Origin: Malacoraja senta
Lineage: Eukaryota
Direction: 5' to 3'
Length of the DNA stretch: 64,000 nt
NCBI GenBank assembly: GCA_038087875.1
Contig: CM075988.1
Span: 16,060,001-16,124,000 of the forward strand
The notes beneath the pieces were generated by a model. It was given only the letters and a program-made list of their open reading frames with translations, was not told where the DNA came from and searched no databases. Numbering within the stretch: position 1 is the stretch's first letter; every line of letters starts with the position of its first letter. Of the stretch, positions 51,179 to 64,000 are shown in pieces. Position numbers and translations under genes: made by a program.

Positions 51179-54100
51179 AGATAATCTGCGGTAGGTAGAA
51201 TGTTCTCAAATATTTACAAGTCTGTTGCCTGGATTATTTTCAAATATCTATCAAACCTGGATTATTTTCCCTGAAGCATTGGCAGTTGAGGGGAGACCCG
51301 ACAAGTTTGTAATATTATGAGAGACACAGATAAGGTGGGCAGTCAGAACCTTCACCCCACAGTGGAAATGTCAAATTCTGGAGGATGTGACTTCAAGGTC
51401 AGAGGGGGGAAAGTTTAAAGGTCACACGATGGTACATTGTTTACACAGAGTGGTGGGTGCATGGAACTTGGTGCCTGGGGTATTGGTGGAAAAAGGTGTG
51501 ATAGTGGTGTTCAAGGGAGTCTTAGATAGGCACAGGAATATGCAGGAAATGGGGGGATATGAATCACATCCAAGCAGAGGCGATTAGTTTAACTTGACAT
51601 CATGTACACACTGATATAGTGGGCTGAAGGGCCTGTTCCTGTGTTGTACTGTGCAATGTGCACTATGTTCTAATTTAACGGAGTAATTTGAGTATTTGAG
51701 GTGGTGCATGTACTGATGTAATCTGAAGGTATATTAAGGAGGCCCTCAAACAGAGATTTGGTAATGGGCAGTTCATGATGTCAACCGTAAGTTTACAGCA
51801 GAGATTTAAGAGCTTAACATCCTCCCTTAAGTCAGAATAAGTATTCACATTCATACTGATTAAAGGGATAACCAACTTTTTACAAGATAGTTATAATTGA
51901 TATCTTCTGCCATTGCCATGATTCTCTAAGTGTCTGACATACCAAGTAGTTGGTTCAATTTTCAGAAGTCTACAGGGGGAAGTGTGGCAGTCACTAAAGG
52001 GCCTTGTGTTGACCTTAGGCATTTGGACACACCAATTGCTCCTGAACATTGCCGTGATGGTGTCCAACCACCCCCCCCCCCTCCCAACAGATGGTGCAAG
52101 CAGTGCTCTAATGGTAGAAACAGAAAAGACCAGATCGATGAACGAATGTTGATCAAGTGATCTGCTTTGCTTTGAATCATAAGTTTATGGAGACCTGTTG
52201 GACCAAGTGGAGAGTACCGTAAACCCTTGCCATAATAGACCTATAATGGTGTACGTTATTGCTGATTGTCCACTATAATTGAGCGAGAGAAGTTTAACCC
52301 AAGGCCGGGAGAGAAGAAACACAGCATTGGGATGGTTAAACAAGCAGGAATTCACAGGCCGGTGGTAGCCGCAGTGCCTTCGGCCCCACACGCAGTGTGC
52401 TGCGGACGGGTTCAGTACTCACGATGCCTTCATGCTGCTTGCTTTTGCCGCTCACAACCAGAAGCATGCTAGTTGGGGTAACCCCAGAACTCAGGGGGGG
52501 GGGGGGGGTTGTAATGGGACCATCGGTCCGCTGTAACTGAATTCCACTTGCTGAGCTATTTCAGAGTATAATGAAGCATCGACCACAATGCTCTGGGCCT
52601 GACGTCACATTTTGTCAGATTACTTGTGACAGACATATTATTTTTCCCTAAACAACATTATATAATGCGATTAAGAATTTATAGGGAATATGTTTGAAAC
52701 TGCATACCTCCAGATTCAGGGTCAGTTTCTGTCCAGCTGTTATCAGGCAGTTTTCCAACCAACTAGAAAGCGGTCCTTACCTCCTATCTAGCTCAATGGA
52801 GACTTTCAAACTATAATCTTTAATCGGACTTGATTTCCATTAAATGTTTACCCTTTATTCTGCATCAGAACACTGTTGACAGCTTGATTATAATCATGTA
52901 CAGTCTTATTGACAACAGGATAGCACACAACAAAATCGTTTTTCACTGTACCTCAGTACACTTCACAATACTAAACTAAATAATAATAAAAATAATAAAA
53001 AACGTTATAATGGACTCAAGGTCCAGACTAGGGACAACATTACATAAAAATACATTGCATACAAAAACACCATAAACTAAACTAAAGTATTTACATCAAC
53101 CCAGGACATCAGCGGTTCCTATTATTGACATAGGCTTCCCAGAACAGATTTCCTTTATCAGTCATAGAACTATGCAAAATGAAAACTGGCCCTTCATCCA
53201 GCCTTGGTGATGCCAACCAAGTTGGCTTTCTGGGCTCATCCCATTTGCTCCAAAATCGTCTCAATACTTCCCATCCATATCTGTCCAAATGTCTTTTGAG
53301 GGAAGCAATTCCATCCGCTTCTGTAGTTTCCTCTGGGAGCATTTCAAGAATGGACTACCTTCTGAGTGAAAACTTATTATTAATTGAACTGAATTTCTCC
53401 AACCACCATGATGGAATTTGAACTACAGGAGACCACACCTGGAACAGTAGATGAGGTTGTGAGAGTAGTGAGAGCTAAAAGATGGAGCTGAGCCATTTGT
53501 ACATCTCAGGAAGAAATCAGAAATGGTTGAGGAGTGAAGACAATGAATATGATGTGGAATCATTGGGCTTGCTTGGGCCAAGAATTAGCCGTGGTTTCAT
53601 ATTGTTACTGTATACGTGTCAGATGTTCTGGACATTTGCACAGCGTACTGCAGGTCAGAAGGGTGGAAATGTCAAGGGCTTTAAGGTGAGAGGGGCATAG
53701 TGTAAAGTAGATATGCAGGGCAAGTTTATACATGGAGGGTGTGGGGTGAAAGTCCTAATCAGAGAGGCAATCTGTGGCGACAGAAGGCAAGAGCAAATAA
53801 ATGGCAAAAGAATAATGGTGCAAACTAAAAGTGGGTGGAAGGGGTAAAGAAACAGAAAATAATTGCGGTAGAAGTGTGAATAGAGTTAATTACTGGTTTC
53901 ATTGATGATTCATCAAGTTTACTTCGAACTTTATTAAATAGGAGACTGAGGGCAGAGAAGGGTTGGGAACAGGGTTGTGCTGGAAGGAGACAGCACACAC
54001 TCAATCACCAATTGGTCTCTGCAATTTAAATTACACTACTTGCTAACTACAGGTACAGTAAGCTAAATTAAGAAAAGGACAGATTAATCACTATTTCATG

Positions 54101-54691
54101 CAGAAAATATGTTTAGATCAAAGGACAGCTGGAGGTGAAAGACAGGAATGGCATCTTCTGCAATTGCATTGGAAGATGGTTTGGCAACAGGACTGGATAT
54201 TGGTGATGATGGGGGAATGAACCAGGGTCAAACACGTAAACAGAAAATACCGGAAATACTCAGCATGTCAGGCGGCATCTGTCGGAGGAGACCCTTCATC
54301 GGAAATGAAGAGCAGACAAAAGAAGTGGGGAATCAGAATGGAGAGTGAGAGGCGGGGAGGTTTTTGAAAGGGTCTCTATTTGTATTTCACGTTTTGTAAC
54401 GACGGCCTTAAATGCAGTGAATGAGGTTTGGAGAGAGTTGGTTTAAAGGAACCGATCAAAGGCTCAGAGGGGAGTGAATGGGAAGAAATATCTGGACAGG
54501 TTGGTATCTAGTAGTTTTGAAGCCTGTGTCTAAATGGAAGACAAAGTGATTTCTTTAAGCACAGGATGAGGTGAAAGATGAGATGGAACTGTAGTCATTC
54601 CTGCTGAGGAATCTGGCAGAAAGTGATAGTCATAGAGCATGAAAACAGGCCCTTCGGCCCAACTTGTCCATGCAGACCAAGCGTTCCCATA

Positions 54692-55030
54692 TTAGTTCAT
54701 AAGTGATAGGAGCAGAATTAGGCCATTCGGCCCATCAAGTCAACTCCACCATTCAATCATGGCTGATCTAACTCTCCCCCTCAACCCCATTCTCCTGCCT
54801 TCTCCCTATAACCCCTGACACCCGTACTAATCAAGAATCTATCTATCTCTGCCTTAAAAATATCCATTATCTTGGCCCCCACAGCCTCTGTGACAATGAT
54901 TTCCACAGATTCGCCACCCTCTGACTGAAGAAATTCCTCCTCATCTTCCTAAAGGAACGTCCTTTTATTCTGAGGCTATAACCTCTGGTCCTAGACTCTC
55001 CCACTAGTGGAACCATCCTCTCCACATCCA
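54692..55030 (-). mobile_element. CR1 3' fragment nested in another CR1 tail
   Basis: same family as 9305-9615. Confidence 0.8.
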
Positions 55031-56504
55031 TAAGCTAGTCCCATTTGCATGCATTTGCCGCATGCCCCTCTAAACTCTATCTACCTGTCCAAATAGCCTT
55101 TAAATGTTGTTATTATACCTGTTTCAACAACATCCTCGGGCAGCCTGTTCCATATACCCACCACCTTCTGAAAGAAAATGTTGTCCCTCAGGTTCCTATT
55201 GAATCTTTCCCTCTCAACTTAAACCTGTACCCTCTGGTTCTTGATTCCCCCAACCTGGGAAAAAGACTAATTCGGTGCCTTCACCATATTACTTTCCACC
55301 ATGGTTTTATACACGTCTGGATGATGCCCCCCTCGGGCTCCTGCACTGCAAGGAAGCATGTGTAACCCGTGAATCACAGACGATGACGAGATCAAAATTA
55401 TTGTTTTCCGTTCCTGCTTTAGATCATTGTATTATAACACACACAGTGAACACTTTCAAGTTCAATGTTTTCTTTGATGTATCCTGTTTATCCAGCACAA
55501 ACATTGACAAAGTGTTACTTGTTCAGGACTCTCATTACGTACATCTGGGATGTTTACATTGAGTAGCTGTATTTTTTATATTTAAGAAATGACTGTGTTG
55601 GACAAAGTTTCTATTAATTCCATTGACTGCAATAAGAATAAAAAGGTTTTGGTTTGGTCCATGGGTGTCATAGTCAAGGCCAACATTTACTGCATCTTCC
55701 TCAACGCTCTTTTTCCCTGGAATGCAGAAGGTTGTGGGATGAACTTATGGAGGTATATGTGATCATGAGCTACATAGAATAAGGTGAATGGTCACCATAT
55801 TTTTCCTAGGGTAGGGATAGGTCTGAGGTGAGAAGGAAAAGATTTAAAGGGATCCTGAGGGTAGTGGGTTTGTCGAACGAGCTGTCAGAATAAAATGTAG
55901 AGGTGAGTAAAATTACAGTGTTTAAAAGACATTTCAACAGGTACAGTACATCCCTCTAAACAGGATTTGGAGGGATGTGGGCCAAACGCAGGCAAAAGGG
56001 ATTAGCTCAGTTAGGCAACTTGGTCAGCATGGACAGGTGGGTGCAAGGGCCTGTTTCCGAGGTGTATAACTCTATGACTATCTGATTCTTGGTCTGTGTA
56101 GTGATTTCAGGATGAAACTCATTGTAAAACTCATGAAGGAGTTAGTATCCTTCAAACCTCCACTGTCAGTCAGGACAAAGATAGGAGGCACACGAGAACA
56201 CTACCAATTGCAGATACCACGCTGATTCAGAAACAAGTCTCACATTTCCTTCATCGTCCCTGTGTCTGTATCCTGGACAACTGGCAGCAATGCTGGAGCA
56301 ACTGTAACAGGTGAAATGCAAGGCTTCAAGAAGGATATCTAGGCATTGTCAGTGATGGCACTGTCCATAACGGAAAACAGATAATAAACATCATAAATCA
56401 ACAGGGGCACAGTGGTGGATTCCCTCTCCTGTAGGATGTTAGTGAACCAGGCGTGTTTGGTTCACAATTATCTAATTTCCTAGTCACCATTGCTGATACA
56501 GTTT

Positions 56505-56958
56505 GACAATAGACAATAGGTACAGGAGTAGGCCATTCACTGTGATCATGGCTGATCTTCCACATTCAGTACCCCGTTCCTTCCTTCTCACCATATCCCC
56601 TGACTGCTATCTTTAAGAGCTCTATCTAACTCTCTCTTGAAAGCATCCAGAGAATAGGCCTCCACTGCCTTCTGAGGCAGAAAATTCCATAGATTCACAA
56701 CTCTCTGGGTGAAAACGTATTTCCTCATCTCCGTTCTAAATGGCCTGCCCCTTATTCTTAAACTGTGGACTCCCCCAGCCTCGGGAACATGTTTCCTGCC
56801 TCTAGCGTGTCCAATCCCTTAATAATCTTATATGTATCAATAAGAATCCCCTCTCATCCTTCTAAATTCCAGAGTATACAAGCCCAGCCGCTCCATTCTA
56901 TCAACATATGACAGTCCCGCCATCCCGGGAATTAACCTTGTGAATCTACGCTGCACTG
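56505..56958 (-). mobile_element. CR1 3' fragment
   Basis: reverse complement of the 58445-58925 family. Confidence 0.85.
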
Positions 56959-57059
56959 AAATGTGACAGCATTACTTCTCTCACTCCTCGTACTCTATCA
57001 GTTTCCGCTGTGTTGCAAATCTCACACCTTGATCTTGGCTCAAAAGAACTGGGTGTCAA

Positions 57060-57705
57060 AGTGGCGCAGCGGTAGATTTGTTGCCGCACAGTGCCAGAGA
57101 CCTGGGTTTGATCCTGACTACAGGTGCTGTCTGTACGGAGTTTGTACGTTCTCCCTGCGACCCGGTGATGTTTCTTCTGGGTGCTCTGGTTTCCTCCCAC
57201 AAAGACGTACAGGTTTGTAGGTTAATTGGCTTCTATTAATTATCCCTAGTGAAAGGGGTGATCGCTGGTAGGTGTGGACTCCGTGGGCTGAAGGGCCTGT
57301 TTCCATGCTGTATCTGCAAAGTGTAAACTGCTCCCTGAATGGTCCCTCATGCAGCGCCAGTCTCCCCTGTATCCACCTCACACCTCCTTTTAGTTTAGGT
57401 TTAGTTAAGAGATACCGCGTGGAAACAGGCCCTTCGGTCCACCATCCGCACCGACCAGCGATCCCCGCACATTAACACTATCTTATACACACTAGGGACA
57501 ATGTTTACACTTATACCAAGCCAAATTACCTATATATCTGTACGTATTTGAAGTGTGGGAGGAAACTGAAGATCTCAAGAGAAAATCCACGTGGTCACGG
57601 GGAGAACGTACAAACTCCGTACAGATAGCACCCGTAGTCGGGATCGAACCCGGGTCTCTGGCACTGCAAGCGCTGAAAGGAAACAACTCAACCACTATGC
57701 TGTCC
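57060..57705. mobile_element. Tail-to-tail V-SINE pair (57060-57330 on +, 57390-57705 on -)
   Basis: SINE consensus in opposite orientations. Confidence 0.8.
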
Positions 57706-58444
57706 ATGTCCTAACCCTGTTATGTATGCAGAATCAAGGAATTACAGATGCTGGTTTACACAAAAGGACACAAAGTGTTGGAGTAACTCAATGGGTCAGG
57801 CAGCATCTCTTGAGAACATGAATAGGTGATGTTTTGGGTCAGGATCCATCTTCTGCCTGACCCACTGAAGTACTCCAGTACATTGTGCCTTTTTGTATGC
57901 CCTCTTTATATTCTCAGTCAAGAAAATACTTGTTTAATTTTTACACTTTGTGTATTACTAAGACACATTTTCTATGTGATACATTTAAGTTTATTGCGCT
58001 ACATGTTTAATGGCCAGTGGTACTAGACTATAGTACATCTGTAGTGATTCTATTCTGTCAGGGAGGTTATTACTTGGCAGCAACTATCCTTTACAGTAAA
58101 ATATAAATTGCTATGTTCTATAGCACACTACAAGAAAAGTATTCTTCCTTTATCACTGAGTAACTACAGGATTTTGGTAGGTTATTTTATTTGTGTGAAC
58201 ATGATTCGTGTTGTTATAATGAAGTTCCAGCTGAATGAATTTACATGGCAAGATCTATCATCTAACACCAGGTGAGTCTTCATGGGAGATCATTATTCAC
58301 AGTGGTTGCCAAGTTTACTGACATTTTGTGTGCAAAATTGGAATGAAACTATTGTGCCTTTATTAAGAATACTTCCACAAGCTGCGGCAGTTAAGGAATG
58401 ATTGGTATATAAAATAACAATTAATTTATGCAATTGTTTATGTG

Positions 58445-58925
58445 TACAAGGTTAATTCCCGGGATGGCGGGGCTGTCATATGCTGAGAGAATGGAGCGGC
58501 TGGGCTTGTATACTCTGGAATTCAGAAGGATGAGAGGCAATCCTATTGAAAAAAATACGATTATAAAGGGTTTGGACACGCTGGAGGCAGGAAACATGTT
58601 CCCGATGTTGGGGGAGTCCAGAACCAGGGGCCACCGTTTAAGAATAAAGGGTAAGCCATTCAGAACGGAGACGAGGAAACACTTTTTCTCACAGAGAGTT
58701 GTGAGTCTGTGGAATTCTCTGCCTCAGAGGGCAGTGGAGGCCGGGTCTCTGGATACTTTCAAGAGAGAGCTAGATAGAGCTATTAAAGATAGTGGAGTCA
58801 GGGGATATAGGGAGAAGGCAGGAACGGGGTACTGATTGGGGTTGATCAGCCATGATCACATTGAATGGCGGTGCTGGCTCGAAGGGCCGAATGGCCTACT
58901 CCTGCACCTATTGTCTATTGTCTAT
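58445..58925 (+). mobile_element. CR1 3' fragment
   Basis: TRLIPGMAGLSYAER...GYREKAGTGY plus (TATTGTC)n. Confidence 0.9.
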
Positions 58926-59009
58926 ACATATTTGGAAATCTTGTCCTGCATATTTGAGATGTTTGGTTTCCTTCCTTGATAGCTGCAGATAATATGTCAT
59001 TATTTCATT

Positions 59010-61980
59010 AAAGAAAGGGAGGAGGGGTGGCCCTTTTAATAAGGGAGGGAATAACGGCAATAGAGAGGAAGGATATTGCGTTGAAGGATCAGGATAGTGA
59101 AACAGCTTGGGTACAGATAGAGAATAACAAGGGGAAAAAAACACTAGTGGGTGTAATTTATAGACCTCCAAATAGCTGTGACGCTGTTAGTCAGAACATA
59201 AATCTGCAAATAGTTGACGCATGTAAAAAGGGAACTGCTGTAATCATGGGGGACTTCAATTTTCATATTAATTGGGCAAACCAAACTGGGCAGGGTAGAC
59301 TAGAGGAAGAGTTTATAGAATGTATTAGAGACGGGTTCCTAGAACAGTATGTCACAGAACCGACAAGGAGGGAGGCAATCTTGGATCTGGTCCTGTGTAA
59401 TGAAGCAGGATTAATTAAAAATGTCATAGTTAGGGACTCGTTGGGAACAAGTGACCACAATATGGTCGAATTCCATATTCAAATAGAAGGGGAGCAGGTT
59501 GAAACTCAGGCTAGGGTACTTAGTCTAAATAAGGGGGATTATGAAGGTATGAGGACTGAGCTGATCAAAGTTGACTGCGATAGCAGACTCAAGAATAAGA
59601 CGGTACATGAGCAGTGGTGTACGTTTAAGGATCTACTGTATAACCTTCAAGAAAAATTTATTCCTATGAAGAAAAAAAGGGGTAAGGGAAAGAACAGTCA
59701 GCCATGGCTCAGTAAAACTATAAAGGATAGTATTTGGCTGAAGGCAAGGGCATATAAGGTAGCTAGAGATAGTGGGAGGGTAGAGGATTGGGAAGCATTT
59801 AAAGGTCAGCAAAAAATAACTAAGAGATTAATTAAGACGGGGAAAATAGACTATGAAAGGAATTTAGCGAACAACATAAAAACTAATAGTAAGAGTTTTT
59901 ATAGCTATATAAAAAGAAAAAGGGTGGCTAAGGTGAACGTTGGTCCATTGGAGGGTGAGACTGGAGAGTTGTTGGTGGGGAACATGGAAATGGCAAAGGC
60001 ATTAAACGAGTATTTTGTATCAGTCTTCACCATAGAAGACACAAAAAATATTCCAACGCTGGATAAACAGGGGGCGGTAGGAATGGAGGAGCTAAATACT
60101 ATTAAGATCACCAAGGAGGTGGTATTAGGGAAATTAATGAGACTGAAGGAGGATAAATCCCCTGGGCCTGATGGATTACATCCAAGGGTCTTGAGGGAGA
60201 TAGCGGTGGGGATTGTGGATGCATTGGTGATAATTTTCCAAAACTCCCTGGAGGCAGGAACGGTCCCAGTGGATTGGAAAATGGCCAATGTAACACCTAT
60301 ATTTAAAAAAGGAAGTAAACAGAAGGCGGGTAACTATAGACCGGTTAGTCTAACATCGGTGGTGGGTAAAATGTTAGAGACAATTATTAAAGAAACACTA
60401 ACGGGGCACTTGGATAAACATGACTTCATCGGACAGAACCAGCATGGTTTTGTGAAGGGGAAGTCCTGTTTAACGAATCTGCTCGAATTCTTTGAGGAAG
60501 TAACAACCCGGGTGGATAAAGGGGAACCGGTGGATGTGGTATACTTGGACTTCCAAAAGGCTTTTGACAAGGTGCCACATAAGAGACTATTGCTAAAAAT
60601 AAAAAATTATGGGATTGGGGGTAATATATTAGCATGGGTAGAGGATTGGCTAACAAATAGGAAGCAGAGAGTGGGGATAAATGGTTCATACTCGGGATGG
60701 CAACCGGTAACTAGCGGGGTTCCGCAAGGGTCGGTGCTGGGACCCCAGTTGTTCACAATTTATATAAATGATTTGGAGGAGGGAACCAAGTGTAATATAT
60801 CAAAATTTGCGGACGATACAAAAATGGGAGGAAAAGTAGGGGATGAGGAGGATAGGAAGAGTCTGCAAAAGGATATAGATAAGCTAGGTGAGTGGGCAAC
60901 AACTTGGCAGATGAAATTTAATACTAATAAATGTGAAGTCATTCACTTTGGGAAAAAAAATGATAGGGCAAGTTATTTTCTAAATGAGGTGGAGCTGCGT
61001 TGTAATGCAACGCAAAGGGATCTAGGGGTAGTAGTACATGAATCACTAAAAGTTAGTATGCAGGTGCAGCAAGCAATCAGGAAGGCCAATGGAGTTTTGG
61101 CCTTTATTGCTAGGGGGATTGAGTATAAAAACACGGAGGTCTTGCTGCAGCTGTACACAGTATTAGTGAGACCACATTTGGAATACTGTGTACAGTTCTG
61201 GGGTCCATACTTAAGAAAGGATGTACTGGCCCTGGAGGCAGTGCAGCGAAGGTTTACAAGATTAATTCCTGCAATGAGGGGATTGACATATGAGGAAAGG
61301 TTAAGTAGGCTGGAACTCTACTCTTTGGAGTTTAGAAGAATGAGAGGCGATCTCATTGAAACATATAAGATCGTGAGGGGCCTTGATCGGGTGGATGCAC
61401 CGAGGATGTTCCCAATGATCGGGGAAACTAGAACTAGGGGACATAGTTGTAGAATAAGAGGGGGCTCTTTTAAAACATGAGGAAGAACTTCTTCACCCAG
61501 AGGGTGGTTAATTTATGGAATTCACTGCCCCAGGGAGCAGTGGAAGCAGAAACATTAAATATATTTAAGTCTAAAATAGATGGTTTTTTAGCTGCCAAGG
61601 GGATAAGGGGCTACGGGGAGAGGGCAGGGATATGGACCTAGGTATGGTTAGTATAGTAAGACCTGAGTGATCTCCTGGACAAGTGTCGATCGCCTGGATT
61701 GGGGTCGGAGAGGAATTTCCCGGATTTTTTTTCCCGAATTGGACCTGGGTTTTTATCCGGTTTTTTGCCTCCCCCAGGAGATCACGCGGTTCTTGGGGTG
61801 GAGAGGGGTGATAGCGATATAAAGGGGAGGGTAGTGTCTTGTGTTCTGTGTCTTGTGTCTACTGTTTGTGGGTAAGGGTGTCTGTTTAGTGTTCAGCCAT
61901 GAGCGAATGGCGGTGCGGGCTCGATGGGCCTGGTGGTCTACTCTCGCACCTACTTTCTATGTTTCTATGTTTCTATGTTT
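59010..61980 (+). mobile_element. 5'-truncated CR1 LINE: ORF2 (partial APE endonuclease plus RT, 817-aa open frame), frameshift near 61477, long 3'UTR, (TTTCTATG)n tail
   Basis: YRPP, MGDFN, LDLVL, SDH (endonuclease); NYRPVSLTS, QHGF, DFQKAFDKV, GVPQGSVLGP, FADDTK (RT). Confidence 0.96.
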
Positions 61981-62346
61981 ATCAACACAATCTACATGAT
62001 ATTCAGCAGTGAGGTAAAGAGCTTGAAAAGATTTACATTCTGTTTGAGTTCGCTCTAATGCCTTAATACAATAATTGACTTGTATGTGACTACAAGGTTG
62101 AATTTTATGTTAATGCAAGGGTTCAAAAATTATGCTAACACTGATGTTGAATATTATGCAAAAGCAATGGGTGATTAGCATGTTAATAGATTCATAGAGA
62201 GTGATATACAAGGGCAGGACCTACACAGTGAATGACAGAATGGAAACAGGCCCTTCAGTCCAACTTGCCCATGCCAACCAACGTCTCCCATCTACACTAG
62301 TTTCACCTGCCTGCATTTGGCTCACATCCCTCTAAACCTATCCCAT

Positions 62347-63415
62347 AGACAAAGGCGGAATCAGTTAATTTAATATCATACTTATATAATATCATCTTAA
62401 ATATAGAAATACCCACAACAGATGGAATTAGAAGAGATTGGGAACAAGATCTAGGTATAAAAATTTCAAAAGAAAGTTGGGATAATCATTTATTACAGGT
62501 GCATAAATGCTCGATCAACGTACGACATACGCTTATCCAATTTAAAACATTACATAGATTATATTATTCAAAAACCAAACTAAATAAAATCTTTCCTAAC
62601 GTCTCATCAATCTGTGATAAATGTATATGTCAAGAAGCTACCATAGCACATTCTTTTGTTTTTTGTACAAAAATCCAAAAATTCTGGTTTGAAATATTTG
62701 ATATTTTTTCAAAATTAATCAAAATAAAACTGGTACCAAAACCAGAATGGATTATTTTTGGAATATCGGAAGGTATTCCTGAATTAAACGTGTATCAGAA
62801 GAATTTACTCAATTATGGGCTAATAATGGGAAAAAAGCTTATACTTAAATTCTGGAAAAATGCGCCCACACCAACAATAAAAATGTGGACATCAAATATG
62901 TTGGAAACATTACATCTGGAAGAGATGAGATTCCTCCTAGTAGGTAAAGTAGATCAATTTCAAAAGACGTGGTCTACGTTTTTGGACCTATTACAAGCAT
63001 GAGGTGCAATAGTAATTTAGAAAAACAAATAAATAAATAAAAGGTATCTGGACCTGGTAATGGGAGGTAAAATAAAAACAGACTTGGTTGGTAGTTCCTT
63101 CTCTATGAAGTATAGTATAAGAGTTATAATAGAGCGATTGTTCCTTCTTTCTTTCTCTTTTTTTTCTAGGGTCTATTTTCTAACTTTACTTCCTTCTCTA
63201 ACCTCTTCTCTAAGGGGCTTTCTTTTCCCAACACTCTTTTGCACTTCACAACCTTTGCGCACTTTCTTCACTTTTCTTACTTCTTTCTTTTTCTTTCTTA
63301 AAGTTTAAAAAAATGAAGCGGTACAAAAAATGTATTAATATATACGTGTTGTACATTACTGTAATCTACCGTACTTCTAAAAAATAAAAAAAATAAAAAA
63401 AAAAAAAAAATAAAA
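62347..63415 (+). mobile_element. 5'-truncated L1-clade LINE with poly(A) tail, inserted into a minus-strand CR1 fragment
   Basis: ORF2 C-terminus QFKTLHRLYY...CDKC..H..C; 14-bp TSD TAAACCTATCCCAT at 62333-62346 and 63416-63429. Confidence 0.92.
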
Positions 63416-63429
63416 TAAACCTATCCCAT

Positions 63430-64000
63430 CCATGTACATGTCCAAATGTTTTTTAAATGTTGTAATAGTACTTGCCTCAACTACCTCCTCTGGTAGCTTG
63501 TTCCAGAAAACCTACCACCTATTCTGTAAAAAAAATTGTCCCTCAAGTCTCTTCCATCTTTCCCCCCTCACCTTAAACTTAAGTTCTGGTTCTTCATTCC
63601 CTACTCTGAGTAAACCTATCTATTCCTCTCATGATCTTATACATCTCTACAAGATCACCCCTCATCCTCCTGCACTCCAAGGAATAAAATCCTAGCTTGT
63701 TCAATCTCTCCCTATAGCTCAGGCTCTAGAGTCCTGACAACATCCTCTTAAATCTTCTCTGCGCCTTTTCCAGCTTAACAACATATTTCCTATAACAGTG
63801 TGAGCGGAACTAAACACAATACTCTAACATGACCCACCAACTTCTAAACTAAATACACTAACTGATGAGGACCAATGTGCCGAAAGCCTTCTACGTATCT
63901 AACTGTGACGCCACTTTCAAGGAACTAATTCCCTGCTCCCCGAGATCCCTGTACACTACAGCACACCTCAGACCTCCGTCATTCACTGTGTAGGTCCTGC
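63430..64000 (-). mobile_element. Degenerate CR1 fragment (continues from 62240-62346)
   Basis: minus-strand RRMRGDLVEMYKIMRGIDR motif. Confidence 0.75.

Noticed and set aside
35300..64000. Expected neighbouring gene (RNF26 in mammals) downstream of C1QTNF5
   Set aside because: No RING-finger or long non-repeat ORF found; probably outside the window

Overview
Vertebrate genomic DNA, most likely a cartilaginous fish (skate, ray or shark); the taxon is inferred from the V-SINE/HE1-like SINEs, CR1 LINEs and Penelope repeats. The + strand carries the 3' seven coding exons of MFRP (LDLa-CUB-LDLa-Frizzled CRD, stop at 21013). About 7 kb downstream on the same strand is a complete two-coding-exon C1QTNF5/CTRP5 (244 aa). 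This is the gene pair that is dicistronic in mammals. The rest is repeat-rich intronic and intergenic DNA: CR1, L1, Rex1/Babar and RTE fragments, tRNA-derived SINEs, two hAT-type elements with perfect 8-bp TSDs, and a Penelope GIY-YIG fragment. There is also a family of ~90-250 bp TSD-flanked Penelope-derived inserts carrying a hammerhead-ribozyme-like core. The most interesting signals are: candidate MFRP-to-C1QTNF5 read-through splicing, including an in-frame fusion route; the hammerhead mini-elements; a 3.7-kb cargo-carrying hAT element; and an OTX/TCF/MITF motif cluster between the two genes. All identities come from reading the sequence and recalled family knowledge; no database searches were run.
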